DNA of 34,746 nt from Erysipelotrichaceae bacterium (GTDB taxonomy: Bacteria; Bacillota_I; Bacilli_A; Erysipelotrichales; Erysipelotrichaceae): NCBI GenBank assembly GCA_017419065.1, contig JAFOMB010000212.1, forward strand, positions 1-34,746, in the 5' to 3' direction. Below are positions 24,104 through 31,963 of the stretch, in pieces; position 1 is the first letter of the stretch, and every line of letters starts with the position of its first letter. The notes below the pieces were generated by a model. That model was not told the DNA's origin and did not search any database. It saw only the letters and a program-made list of their open reading frames with translations. Made by a program: the position numbers and the translations under genes.

Positions 24104-26529
24104 GTGTCCGTATAGCTTTAGCCGGTAACCCGAACAGCGGTAAGACGACCCTGTTCAATGCCCTGACGGGTTCCAACCAGTTCGTAGGTAACTGGCCGGG
24201 TGTCACTGTTGAGAAAAAAGAAGGCAAGCTGAAGAAACACGACGATGTCGTGATCACTGACCTTCCGGGTATCTATTCCTTATCTCCGTATACCCTGGAA
24301 GAAGTCGTTGCGAGAAACTATCTGATCGGGGAAAGACCGGATGCCATCCTGAATATCGTCGATGGTACCAACCTCGAAAGAAACCTCTATCTGACTACGC
24401 AGCTGGCTGAACTGGGTATCCCGGTCGTTGTCGCCATCAACATGCTGGACCTTCTGGAAAAGGAAGGCAACAGTATCGATACTGCCAAGCTCTCCAAAGA
24501 ATTAGGCGTCAAGATCGTCTCGATCTCCGCTTTAAAGGGCACCAACATCCAGGAAGCTGCTGAAGAAGCTGTCAAGGCTGCTTCCCAGAAGAAGTCTCTG
24601 CCTGTCCATGAATTCAGTGAGAATGTCGAAAAGGCTCTCTCCGAGATCGGCGATCTTCTCTCTGTTAAAGAGGAAGAAAAGAGATGGTACGCTGTCAAGG
24701 TCTTCGAAAGAGACTCCAAGGTCTTAGAACAGCTGAATCTCTCCGGTGACGCTCTGAGAAGAGCAGAAGAGATCACAAAGAGACTGGAAGATGAAATGGA
24801 TGACGATGCGGAAAGCATCATCACCAATGAGAGATATGTCTATATCGAAAAGCTCTGCAAGGGTCTCTATAAAAAGAAATCCTCTGCGGATCTCACGATC
24901 TCCGACAAGATCGACAAGATCGTCACCAACAGATGGCTGGGTCTTCCGATCTTTGCCCTGGTCATGTTCCTGATCTACTACATATCCATGGTCACCGTCG
25001 GTGCTTCTGCTACTGACTGGGCCAATGACGGTCTCTTCGGAGACGGCTTCCACCTCTTCGGTATCGGCTCCAAAGAGTATAGCGAAGTAGCAGAGGAGTA
25101 TGGCGACGCTGCCAATGTCGTCGACGCCTTCATCGGCCTTGATGAAGAAACTTCCTTAGACGATCTCAAGGCCGCCTATGCGAACATCTCCAAAGACGCT
25201 ACCGCTGACTACACTCTGGAAGATGAAGAGACACTGGAAACAGAAGATGTCACCTACACCTATGCTGATCTGACAGACGCTATGGAAGTCTTCGAGAAAT
25301 ACAACGCCACAGAACCGGATCCGGCTGATTACGGAACCTGGGTCCCAGGTGTTCCGGTACTGGTCGAAGGCTTATTAGACAGTATGAACGCCTCCGACTG
25401 GGTCAAGAGCCTGATCCTCGACGGTATCGTCGCGGGTGTCGGCGCTGTCCTCGGTTTCGTTCCGCAGATGCTGGTCTTATTCTTCCTGCTGGCTTTCTTA
25501 GAGGCCTGCGGCTACATGGCCCGTATCGCCTTCGTCCTCGACAGGATCTTCAGAAGATTCGGTCTTTCCGGTAAGTCCTTCATCCCGATCCTCATCGGAA
25601 CAGGCTGCGGTATCCCTGGTATCATGGCTTCCAGAACGATCGAGAACGAAAGAGACCGCCGTATGACCATCATGACGACGACCTTCATCCCATGCGGTGC
25701 GAAGATCCCGTTCATCGCGATGATCGCCGGTGCGATCTTCGACAACTCGCCGCTTATCTCTACGAGCGCCTACTTCTTAGGCATGGCTTCCATCATCGTC
25801 TCCGGTATCATCCTGAAGAAGACGAAGATGTTCGCCGGACAGCCTTCTCCGTTCGTCATGGAGCTTCCGGCTTATCACTGGCCGACATTGGGCAACCTCT
25901 TAAGATCCATGTGGGAGAGAGGCTGGTCCTTCATCAAGAAGGCCGGTACCATCATCCTCTTATCGACCATTGTCATCTGGTTCTTATCGAGATTCTCTTT
26001 CGTCGGCGGACTGCATATGGTGGAAGAAGATCAGATCTCTGAATCCATCCTAGCAGGTATCGGTAATGCGATCGCCTGGATCTTCAAGCCTCTGGGCTGG
26101 GGCAACTGGCAGGCTGCTGTCGCTTCTGTCACAGGTCTTGTCGCGAAGGAGAACATCGTCGGTACGATGGGTACGCTCTACTCCGCAGAAGGCATGACGG
26201 CATGGCAGGCCATCGGTGCTACCTTCACCAAGGTCACCGGCTACAGCTTCTTAGCCTTCAACCTCTTATGCGCACCTTGCTTCGCCGCTATCGGTGCTAT
26301 GAGAAGAGAGATGAACAACGCCAAGTGGACCTGGTTCGCCATCGCTTACCAGTGCGGCTTCGCTTACCTCGTGTCCTTTGTGATAACGCAGATCGGCGGT
26401 GCCTTCACCGGCAACTTGAACGTCATCGGTCTTGTCCTGGCTGTCGCTGTCGTCGCCTTTGCGGTCTACATGCTCTTCCGTCCGTATAAGGAAGCAGAAG
26501 TGCTGACACAGGACGTCACTGTCAAGTAA
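24100..26529 (+). CDS. feoB: Ferrous iron transporter FeoB (G-domain plus permease), with enlarged acidic loop
   Basis: The call rests on IALAGNPNSGKTTLFNALTG (G1), DLPGIYSL (G3), NMLD (G4), and the gate motifs and TM core (FVPQMLVLFF, GTGCGIPGIMASRT). Confidence 0.95.
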   Translation: MSVRIALAGNPNSGKTTLFNALTGSNQFVGNWPGVTVEKKEGKLKKHDDVVITDLPGIYSLSPYTLEEVVARNYLIGERPDAILNIVDGTNLERNLYLTTQLAELGIPVVVAINMLDLLEKEGNSIDTAKLSKELGVKIVSISALKGTNIQEAAEEAVKAASQKKSLPVHEFSENVEKALSEIGDLLSVKEEEKRWYAVKVFERDSKVLEQLNLSGDALRRAEEITKRLEDEMDDDAESIITNERYVYIEKLCKGLYKKKSSADLTISDKIDKIVTNRWLGLPIFALVMFLIYYISMVTVGASATDWANDGLFGDGFHLFGIGSKEYSEVAEEYGDAANVVDAFIGLDEETSLDDLKAAYANISKDATADYTLEDEETLETEDVTYTYADLTDAMEVFEKYNATEPDPADYGTWVPGVPVLVEGLLDSMNASDWVKSLILDGIVAGVGAVLGFVPQMLVLFFLLAFLEACGYMARIAFVLDRIFRRFGLSGKSFIPILIGTGCGIPGIMASRTIENERDRRMTIMTTTFIPCGAKIPFIAMIAGAIFDNSPLISTSAYFLGMASIIVSGIILKKTKMFAGQPSPFVMELPAYHWPTLGNLLRSMWERGWSFIKKAGTIILLSTIVIWFLSRFSFVGGLHMVEEDQISESILAGIGNAIAWIFKPLGWGNWQAAVASVTGLVAKENIVGTMGTLYSAEGMTAWQAIGATFTKVTGYSFLAFNLLCAPCFAAIGAMRREMNNAKWTWFAIAYQCGFAYLVSFVITQIGGAFTGNLNVIGLVLAVAVVAFAVYMLFRPYKEAEVLTQDVTVK

Positions 26530-26555
26530 CATAAAAAGAAAGGAGGCTCTTGTCT

Positions 26556-26723
26556 ATGACTCTCGGAGATATCATTGTCTTGGCTTTACTGGCACTGATC
26601 GTCATCATGATCGTAAAGAGCCTGCTGAAAGATAAGAAGAAGGGTGTCCACAGCGGATGCGGAGGCAATTGCGGAAACTGCGCTGCCCACTGTATCCACT
26701 CTCTCCCGAAGAAATTATCGTAA
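26556..26723 (+). CDS. FeoB-associated Cys-rich small membrane protein (55 aa; absent from supplied ORF track)
   Basis: My hand translation is MTLGDIIVLALLALIVIMIVKSLLKDKKKGVHSGCGGNCGNCAAHCIHSLPKKLS. An AGGAGG at 26541-26546 lies 9 nt upstream. One TM segment plus a C-x3-C-x2-C-x3-C tail is typical of the small Cys-rich proteins found after feoB in Firmicutes. Confidence 0.8.
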   Translation: MTLGDIIVLALLALIVIMIVKSLLKDKKKGVHSGCGGNCGNCAAHCIHSLPKKLS

Positions 26724-26750
26724 GGATGTACAACCGTACATCCTTTTTTC
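26722..26750 (+). terminator. Rho-independent terminator ending the feo operon
   Basis: AAGGATGTAC-aacc-GTACATCCTT forms a 10-bp stem followed by TTTT. Confidence 0.75.
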
Positions 26751-26803
26751 TTCTTCCTGTCTTCACACATTATTTCTCCGTGTGGGGTATAATAGGGATA
26801 CTT

Positions 26804-27823
26804 ATGAACAAGAACACTCTGAAACTGCTGCGCAATACCGCTCTGATCCTCTTGGTCACCATCCTGGCTTCCGCTGTCCTCTTCGGAAAGGACTCGAAGG
26901 AAGTCTTTCAGGAACTGGGATCCATGGATCTTCCGCATATCCTGCTGGCTTTTGCCTGTACGATGCTCTGGGAGCTCTCCAGCGGGCTTTCTCTCACGGT
27001 ATTCTCCCGTGTATTCAAAAAGGACTACCGGGTCTCTGAGGGCTTCTTAAACGCCCTGGTAGCCTCTCTTTTCAACAACATCACCCCGTCCTCTTCCGGA
27101 GGTCAGGTCGCCCAGTTCATGATCTTCCGCAAGCAGGGACTCAAAAGCGATGAATCAGCTGCGGTACTGTGGCTGGAATTCCTGGTCTTCCAGATCGTTC
27201 TATGCATCGGAAGCATCTTTTTCTATCTCTTACGGGCCGATCTCTTCTTAAGAGAGTTCTCGGCTTACAATATCTTCTTCTTCATCGGACTCCTGTTACA
27301 TATCGGTCTGATCGCCGGGATCTTTTTACTGTTACGATCCAAGCGCTTCTATGATTTCATATTCGGAAAGGGCATCCTGATCGGCGCCAAGCTCCATCTC
27401 ATCAAAGATCCGGATAAGACAAGGGAGAAGCTCAACAGAACAGTGAATTCCTTCCAGAAGCTCCTGCACGATCTCAAGGACTATAAGAGTTCCTTCTTCA
27501 AAGCCGGGCTCTGTGTCCTTCCGAGACTGTTTTTCCACTACGGGATCTCCTTTGCGGTCCTGACAGGACTGGGCATCCCGTTTACCCTGGAGAATCTCGT
27601 CACCTGTCTGTCCTTATCGAGTTTCCTGAACGTTGCTTCTGCTCTGGTCCCTCTTCCGGGAGGCAGCGGCGGTGCCGAAGCCTTCTTCGTATTACTTTTC
27701 GGAAAGGTCTATGATCCCCTCAAAGTACGGGCGGGAATGTTGTTATGGCGTTTTTTCAGTTTCTATCTGCTGATACTCGTTGGTGTAATTGCGTACGGAT
27801 ATTATAAAATAAAAGAGAAATGA
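26804..27823 (+). CDS. Flippase-like polytopic membrane protein (LPG_synthase_TM / UPF0104-type)
   Basis: I start it at ATG 26804 (MNKNTLKLLRNTALILLVTIL). The protein has about 8 TM segments, and NNITPSSSGGQVAQ plus the C-terminal LPGGSGGAEAFF are hallmark motifs of this family. A TATAAT at 26788-26793 lies only about 10 nt before the ATG. The track ORF from 26657 would run through the terminator and the small feo gene. Confidence 0.7.
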   Translation: MNKNTLKLLRNTALILLVTILASAVLFGKDSKEVFQELGSMDLPHILLAFACTMLWELSSGLSLTVFSRVFKKDYRVSEGFLNALVASLFNNITPSSSGGQVAQFMIFRKQGLKSDESAAVLWLEFLVFQIVLCIGSIFFYLLRADLFLREFSAYNIFFFIGLLLHIGLIAGIFLLLRSKRFYDFIFGKGILIGAKLHLIKDPDKTREKLNRTVNSFQKLLHDLKDYKSSFFKAGLCVLPRLFFHYGISFAVLTGLGIPFTLENLVTCLSLSSFLNVASALVPLPGGSGGAEAFFVLLFGKVYDPLKVRAGMLLWRFFSFYLLILVGVIAYGYYKIKEK

Positions 27824-29799
27824 GGATCGGTCTTTTTACAGATACCTATCTGCCGAATATCAACGGAGTGGTCACATCCGTCGAAAACCTCCGCAAGTCC
27901 CTGGAGAGAATGGGACATGAGGTCTATGTCGTGTGCACCTATCCGGGTTTTCTTCATGTCGAAAGGGAAGGCAATATCATCCGTCTTCCGGGCATGAAGG
28001 TCAAACAGCTCTACGGCTATTCCCTGGCACAGCCGCTGCACATGATGCTGGTAGATGACATACGGGATCTGCAGCTCGATATCATACACTGCCACACGGA
28101 ATTCGGTGTCGGCCTTTTTGCGAGCTATTGCGCCAAGGAACTCCACATCCCGCTTGTGAGGACGTACCACACGACCTATGAAGACTATACCCACTACATC
28201 AATCCGGTAGACTCCGCGACGCTGGACAGCGGTCTCAAGAAGGCCGTCTCCTATCTCTCCAAGATCTACGGGAACGACTGTGTCAGACTGATCTCTCCCT
28301 CGAAAAAGACCAAGGAACTCCTGGAGTCCTACAACGTGAAGACGCCGATCGACATCATCCCTACGGGAGTGGAGATCGAACGCTTCCGGAAGACAGACCA
28401 TCCTGCGGAACTCTATGAAAGAGTCAGGAAAGAATACGACAGGAAGGAAAACGAGAAGATCTTCCTCTATGTCGGAAGGATCGCCGAAGAGAAGTCCATC
28501 GATCTCCTGTTAAGGACCTTTGCGATCCTGAAAGAGGACGGCTATCCGGACAGGCTCGTCATCATCGGCGACGGTCCGGGAAGAAAGGATCTCGAAGAAC
28601 TCAAGGGGAAGCTGAAACTCGACAACGTCTTCTTCTTAGGTTCCAGACCGAACACCGAGATCCCGGTCTACTATCAGTGCGCGGACTGCTTCCTGTCCGC
28701 TTCCACCAGCGAGACCCAGGGCATGACCTATATCGAAGCCCTCTCCGCTTCTATACCTGTCATGGGACGCTATGATGAAGCGCTGGACGGTCTCATACAG
28801 GAAGATGTCAACGGCTACTTCTTCTCTAATGAAGAGGAACTGGCCGCCAAGATCGAAGGCTTCCTCTCCCTGGAGGATGAGGAAGTGAAAAAGATGAAGG
28901 AGAACGCCTCGAATTCCACCAGAGAATACGACCTGCAGGTCTTTGGACAGAGAGTCCTGGAGACCTATCAGAAGGCCATGGAAGAGTATGACAGCTTCTA
29001 TACCGTCTCCAAGGTGACCCTGAAAGACAACTATGTCGTCATCCGGGTGAAAAACGGAGAAGGGGAAGAAGAGAAGATCTCGGTAGATCTTGACACCTAC
29101 TATCAGGAAGGTCTTAGGAACGGCCAGAAGATCTCCTCGGCCTCCTATGATCACCTGAAGGAGGAAGAAGTCAAGACCCTGGCCTATACCGCGGCCCTGC
29201 GCCGTCTTTCCAATAAGGACTACACCCTGGCCGGTATGAGGAAATACCTCGATACCAGATATGAGATCGCTCTTAAAGACCGGGAAGAGATCATCGCGAA
29301 GCTGAAGGAACTCGGCCTCCTGGATGACAGGAAGTACGCCTATCAGCGCTTTGAATCGCTGAACAGAGCCCTCTTCTCCAGAAGACAGATCGCCTCGAAG
29401 CTGAGAAAGGACGGTGTCCCGTCCGATGTCGTCGACGAGTGTCTGCAGGAGAATCGGAGCGATGAGTCCTGCAAGGCCAGACAGCGGGCCGAGAAGATAC
29501 AGAACTCTCTGCGGAACAAGCCGCTGTCCATGAAGAAACAGCTGATCCTGAAACATCTCGTCTCTGACGGCTTCTCGATCGAAACGGCGAAGGAAGCCCT
29601 GGAGACCCTGGATTTCTCTTCCGAGACCTTTGAAGAAAAGGATCTATTGAAGAGGGAAGCCCAGAAGCAGTATAAGAAACTCTCCCGTAAATACAGCGGT
29701 ACCGAACTCAGAAACCGCCTGTACTATTCGCTTTTATCCAAGGGCTTTGCCCAGGAGAAAGTCTATGCGGTCATCGGAGAAATGGAGGAAGGAATATGA
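27820..29799 (+). CDS. Fusion protein: GT4 family glycosyltransferase (diacylglycerol glucosyltransferase-like) plus full-length RecX
   Basis: Residues 1 to about 385 read RIGLFTDTYLPNINGVVTSV...FLYVGRIAEEKSID...SASTSETQGMTYIEALSASIPV (GT-B, GT4). Residues about 387-659 contain RecX repeats: LAYTAALRRLSNKDYTLAGMRKYL, IIAKLKELGLLDDRKYAYQRFES, RRQIASKLRKDGVPSDVVDECL, LILKHLVSDGFSIETAKEAL and LYYSLLSKGFAQEKVYAVI. It has ATGA overlaps on both sides. Confidence 0.8.
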   Translation: MRIGLFTDTYLPNINGVVTSVENLRKSLERMGHEVYVVCTYPGFLHVEREGNIIRLPGMKVKQLYGYSLAQPLHMMLVDDIRDLQLDIIHCHTEFGVGLFASYCAKELHIPLVRTYHTTYEDYTHYINPVDSATLDSGLKKAVSYLSKIYGNDCVRLISPSKKTKELLESYNVKTPIDIIPTGVEIERFRKTDHPAELYERVRKEYDRKENEKIFLYVGRIAEEKSIDLLLRTFAILKEDGYPDRLVIIGDGPGRKDLEELKGKLKLDNVFFLGSRPNTEIPVYYQCADCFLSASTSETQGMTYIEALSASIPVMGRYDEALDGLIQEDVNGYFFSNEEELAAKIEGFLSLEDEEVKKMKENASNSTREYDLQVFGQRVLETYQKAMEEYDSFYTVSKVTLKDNYVVIRVKNGEGEEEKISVDLDTYYQEGLRNGQKISSASYDHLKEEEVKTLAYTAALRRLSNKDYTLAGMRKYLDTRYEIALKDREEIIAKLKELGLLDDRKYAYQRFESLNRALFSRRQIASKLRKDGVPSDVVDECLQENRSDESCKARQRAEKIQNSLRNKPLSMKKQLILKHLVSDGFSIETAKEALETLDFSSETFEEKDLLKREAQKQYKKLSRKYSGTELRNRLYYSLLSKGFAQEKVYAVIGEMEEGI

Positions 29800-30731
29800 G
29801 TAAAAAAGTCATCGATTTCGCGGAAGGGGATCACCTTCACGTCTATCTTCTGATCTCTTCTCTTCTGAAGGGAACGACCAATGCGGGAGCACCGTATCTT
29901 TCTCTGGTGCTGCAGGATGCCACGAAGTCCATCGAGGCCAAGATGTGGGATGTCAAGCAGGAAGTGGAGAAGGAACTCTCTGTAGGCAAGGTCTTCGACT
30001 TTGAACTGGAGATCATCAAATACCGCAACAACCTCCAGGCCAAGGTCATCAGAGTCCTCCCGGTCAATCAGAAGGAAGTCGACATGCAGGAGTATGTCTT
30101 CAAATCTCCGATCGAAAAGGAAACACTGAGAAACAATATCCAGGACGGCATCAACCGTATCAACAACGAGACGATCGCCAAACTGGTCACGGCCATGCTG
30201 AACTACTATGCGGATGACTTTTATGAATACCCGGCAGCTGCCAAGATCCATCATAACTTCATAGGAGGTCTCGCGACCCATGTCTCCGGCATGCTGAAGC
30301 TGGCCTATGCGATCGCCGATATCTATCCGTCTGTGGACAGAGACTATCTGATTGCCGGCGTCATTCTCCATGACCTCGGCAAGATCGAAGAATTCTCTTC
30401 GCCGGTCGTCACCGAGTATTCCACAGAAGGAAAGCTCTTAGGCCATATCTCCATCATGGATGCCCATCTGCTGGAATTCGGCAAGGAACTCAAGATCGCT
30501 GACAGCGAGGAACTTCTCGTACTTCGTCACATGATCTTATCCCACCATGGCCAGAACGAATACGGTTCTCCGGTGCGTCCGGAGACCATGGAAGCGGAAC
30601 TGCTCTACCATATCGACAATATCGACTCCAAGGTCAATATCATGGAGAAGGCCCTGGAATCGGTCAAGGAAGGGGAGTTCACCCAGCGCATCTTCGCGAT
30701 GGACAACCGCGTCTTCTACAAACATAAATAA
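29796..30731 (+). CDS. yhaM: 3'-5' exoribonuclease/exodeoxyribonuclease YhaM (OB-fold plus HD domain)
   Basis: The N-terminal OB segment is LLKGTTNAGAPYLSLVLQDATKSIEAKMWDV. The HD domain reads HHNFIGGLATHV...GVILHDLGK...LSHHG. Confidence 0.85.
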   Translation: MSKKVIDFAEGDHLHVYLLISSLLKGTTNAGAPYLSLVLQDATKSIEAKMWDVKQEVEKELSVGKVFDFELEIIKYRNNLQAKVIRVLPVNQKEVDMQEYVFKSPIEKETLRNNIQDGINRINNETIAKLVTAMLNYYADDFYEYPAAAKIHHNFIGGLATHVSGMLKLAYAIADIYPSVDRDYLIAGVILHDLGKIEEFSSPVVTEYSTEGKLLGHISIMDAHLLEFGKELKIADSEELLVLRHMILSHHGQNEYGSPVRPETMEAELLYHIDNIDSKVNIMEKALESVKEGEFTQRIFAMDNRVFYKHK

Positions 30732-30734
30732 TCA

Positions 30735-30763
30735 TTGAATTCTCTGATTATTTATAATATAAT
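30735..30763 (+). promoter_or_regulatory. rplK-rplA promoter (TTGAAT-N17-TATAAT)
   Basis: The hexamers were read at 30735-30740 and 30758-30763, about 62 nt before the rplK ATG. Confidence 0.5.
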
Positions 30764-30769
30764 TATTCA

Positions 30770-30805
30770 GCGTGGTAGGAGAGCAATCACTCCGTTTTCC
30801 CACGC
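30770..30805 (+). promoter_or_regulatory. Structured 5' leader hairpin of rplKA mRNA (candidate L1 autoregulatory site)
   Basis: GCGTGG (30770-30775) pairs with CCACGC (30800-30805) and encloses an inner GGAG/CTCC helix. The position matches where L1 represses L11-operon translation in other bacteria. Confidence 0.35.
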
Positions 30806-30825
30806 AAGCCAAAGGAGGAAATAAC

Positions 30826-31245
30826 ATGGCTAAGAAGAAAGTTGCAAAAGTTTGTAAGCTTCAGTTCATGGCTGGTCAGGCAAAACCGGGACCGGCACTC
30901 GCTTCGGCAGGTATCAACATGCCTCAGTTCTGCACACAGTTCAATGATCAGACCAAGAGCAGAATGGGTGATGTCGTTCCTGTTGTCATCACGGCTTATG
31001 AAGACAAGTCCTTTGAATTTGTCATCAAGACCACTCCGGCTGCCTTCCTGTTAAAGAAAGCAGCAGGCATCTCCAAAGCTTCCGGAACACCGAATACCGT
31101 CACAGCCGGTACGATCACGAAAGCTCAGTTAAGAGAGATCGCCGAATACAAGATGCCGGACCTCAATGCGAATGATGTAGAAGCTGCGATGAAGATCATT
31201 GCAGGTACTGCCAGAAACATGGGCATCAAGGTAGAAGGAGAGTAG
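30826..31245 (+). CDS. rplK: 50S ribosomal protein L11
   Basis: The protein starts [36 protein letters not shown]. An AAAGGAGG RBS lies at 30811-30818. The track ORF start at 30772 is an upstream extension through the leader. Confidence 0.95.
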   Translation: MAKKKVAKVCKLQFMAGQAKPGPALASAGINMPQFCTQFNDQTKSRMGDVVPVVITAYEDKSFEFVIKTTPAAFLLKKAAGISKASGTPNTVTAGTITKAQLREIAEYKMPDLNANDVEAAMKIIAGTARNMGIKVEGE

Positions 31246-31247
31246 TC

Positions 31248-31925
31248 ATGAAGCACGGAAAGAAATATTTAGAAGCGAAGAATCTCATCGACAAGACGAA
31301 GAGATACACACCGCTTGAAGCCTGCGAACTCGCGAAGAAGACATCTACCGTCAAGTATGACGCGACGATCAGAGTCTCCTTCAAGCTGAATGTCGACCCG
31401 CGTCATGCGGATCAGCAGATCAGAGGGGCCATGGTGCTCCCGAATGGTACCGGCAGAAGCCAGAAAGTCCTGGTCGTCACGCAGGGTGCCAAGATGGAAG
31501 AAGCCAAGGCTGCCGGTGCTGATTACGTCGGCGACAAAGAGATCCTCGAAGAGATCAAGAAGGGCTGGTTCGATTTCGATGTCATCGTTGCTACCCCGGA
31601 TATGATGGGTGAACTCGGTAAGTTAGGTAAGTTATTAGGCCCGAAAGGCCTGATGCCGAATCCGAAGACCGGTACTGTCACTCCGAATATCGCAGCAGCT
31701 GTCGAAGAGATCAAGAAAGGTAAAGTCACTTATCGTGTCGATAAGGAAGGCAATGTCAACTGTCTGCTCGGCAAGGCATCCTTCGATACCGAGAAGCTCA
31801 AAGAGAACTATGATGCTCTCTATGGTGCTATCATGAGAGCTAGACCGGCTGCCGTCAAGGGCAACTACGTGCTGGGAGTCACGATGTCTTCCAACATGGG
31901 CCCGGGCATCAAGGTAGAAGCTTAA
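31248..31925 (+). CDS. rplA: 50S ribosomal protein L1
   Basis: The call rests on HGKKYLEA..., [21 protein letters not shown] and [31 protein letters not shown]. Confidence 0.95.
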   Translation: MKHGKKYLEAKNLIDKTKRYTPLEACELAKKTSTVKYDATIRVSFKLNVDPRHADQQIRGAMVLPNGTGRSQKVLVVTQGAKMEEAKAAGADYVGDKEILEEIKKGWFDFDVIVATPDMMGELGKLGKLLGPKGLMPNPKTGTVTPNIAAAVEEIKKGKVTYRVDKEGNVNCLLGKASFDTEKLKENYDALYGAIMRARPAAVKGNYVLGVTMSSNMGPGIKVEA

Positions 31926-31932
31926 GGCACAC

Positions 31933-31958
31933 AAAAAGTCCCGCAGGGGACTTTTTTC
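31933..31958. terminator. Bidirectional terminator between rplA and maa
   Basis: The stem AAAAAGTCCC-gcag-GGGACTTTTTT is flanked by an A run and a T run, so it can act on both convergent transcripts. Confidence 0.8.
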
Positions 31959-31963
31959 TTTGT

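Noticed and set aside
26657-26803. A longer start (26657) for the flippase-like gene.
   Set aside because: It would read through the Cys-rich small ORF in another frame and through the feo terminator hairpin. The membrane-protein homology begins at Met 26804.
28636-29556. A 306-aa ORF on the minus strand, the longest unexplained ORF in the track.
   Set aside because: It lies entirely antisense to the GT4-RecX gene. The predicted protein is low-complexity (Leu/Gly/Gln/Val-rich) with no recognisable motif, and it has no RBS. It is a typical shadow frame of a GAA/GAG/AAG-rich sense gene.
30772-30825. Upstream extensions of rplK (30772), mglB (33093) and the 143-aa hypothetical (33027).
   Set aside because: In each case a strong SD (AAAGGAGG, GGAGG or AAGGAG) precedes the internal Met, which gives the canonical N-terminus (MAKKK..., the lipoprotein signal MKKLIALL..., and MDLYEL...). 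The extensions cover leader or promoter sequence.
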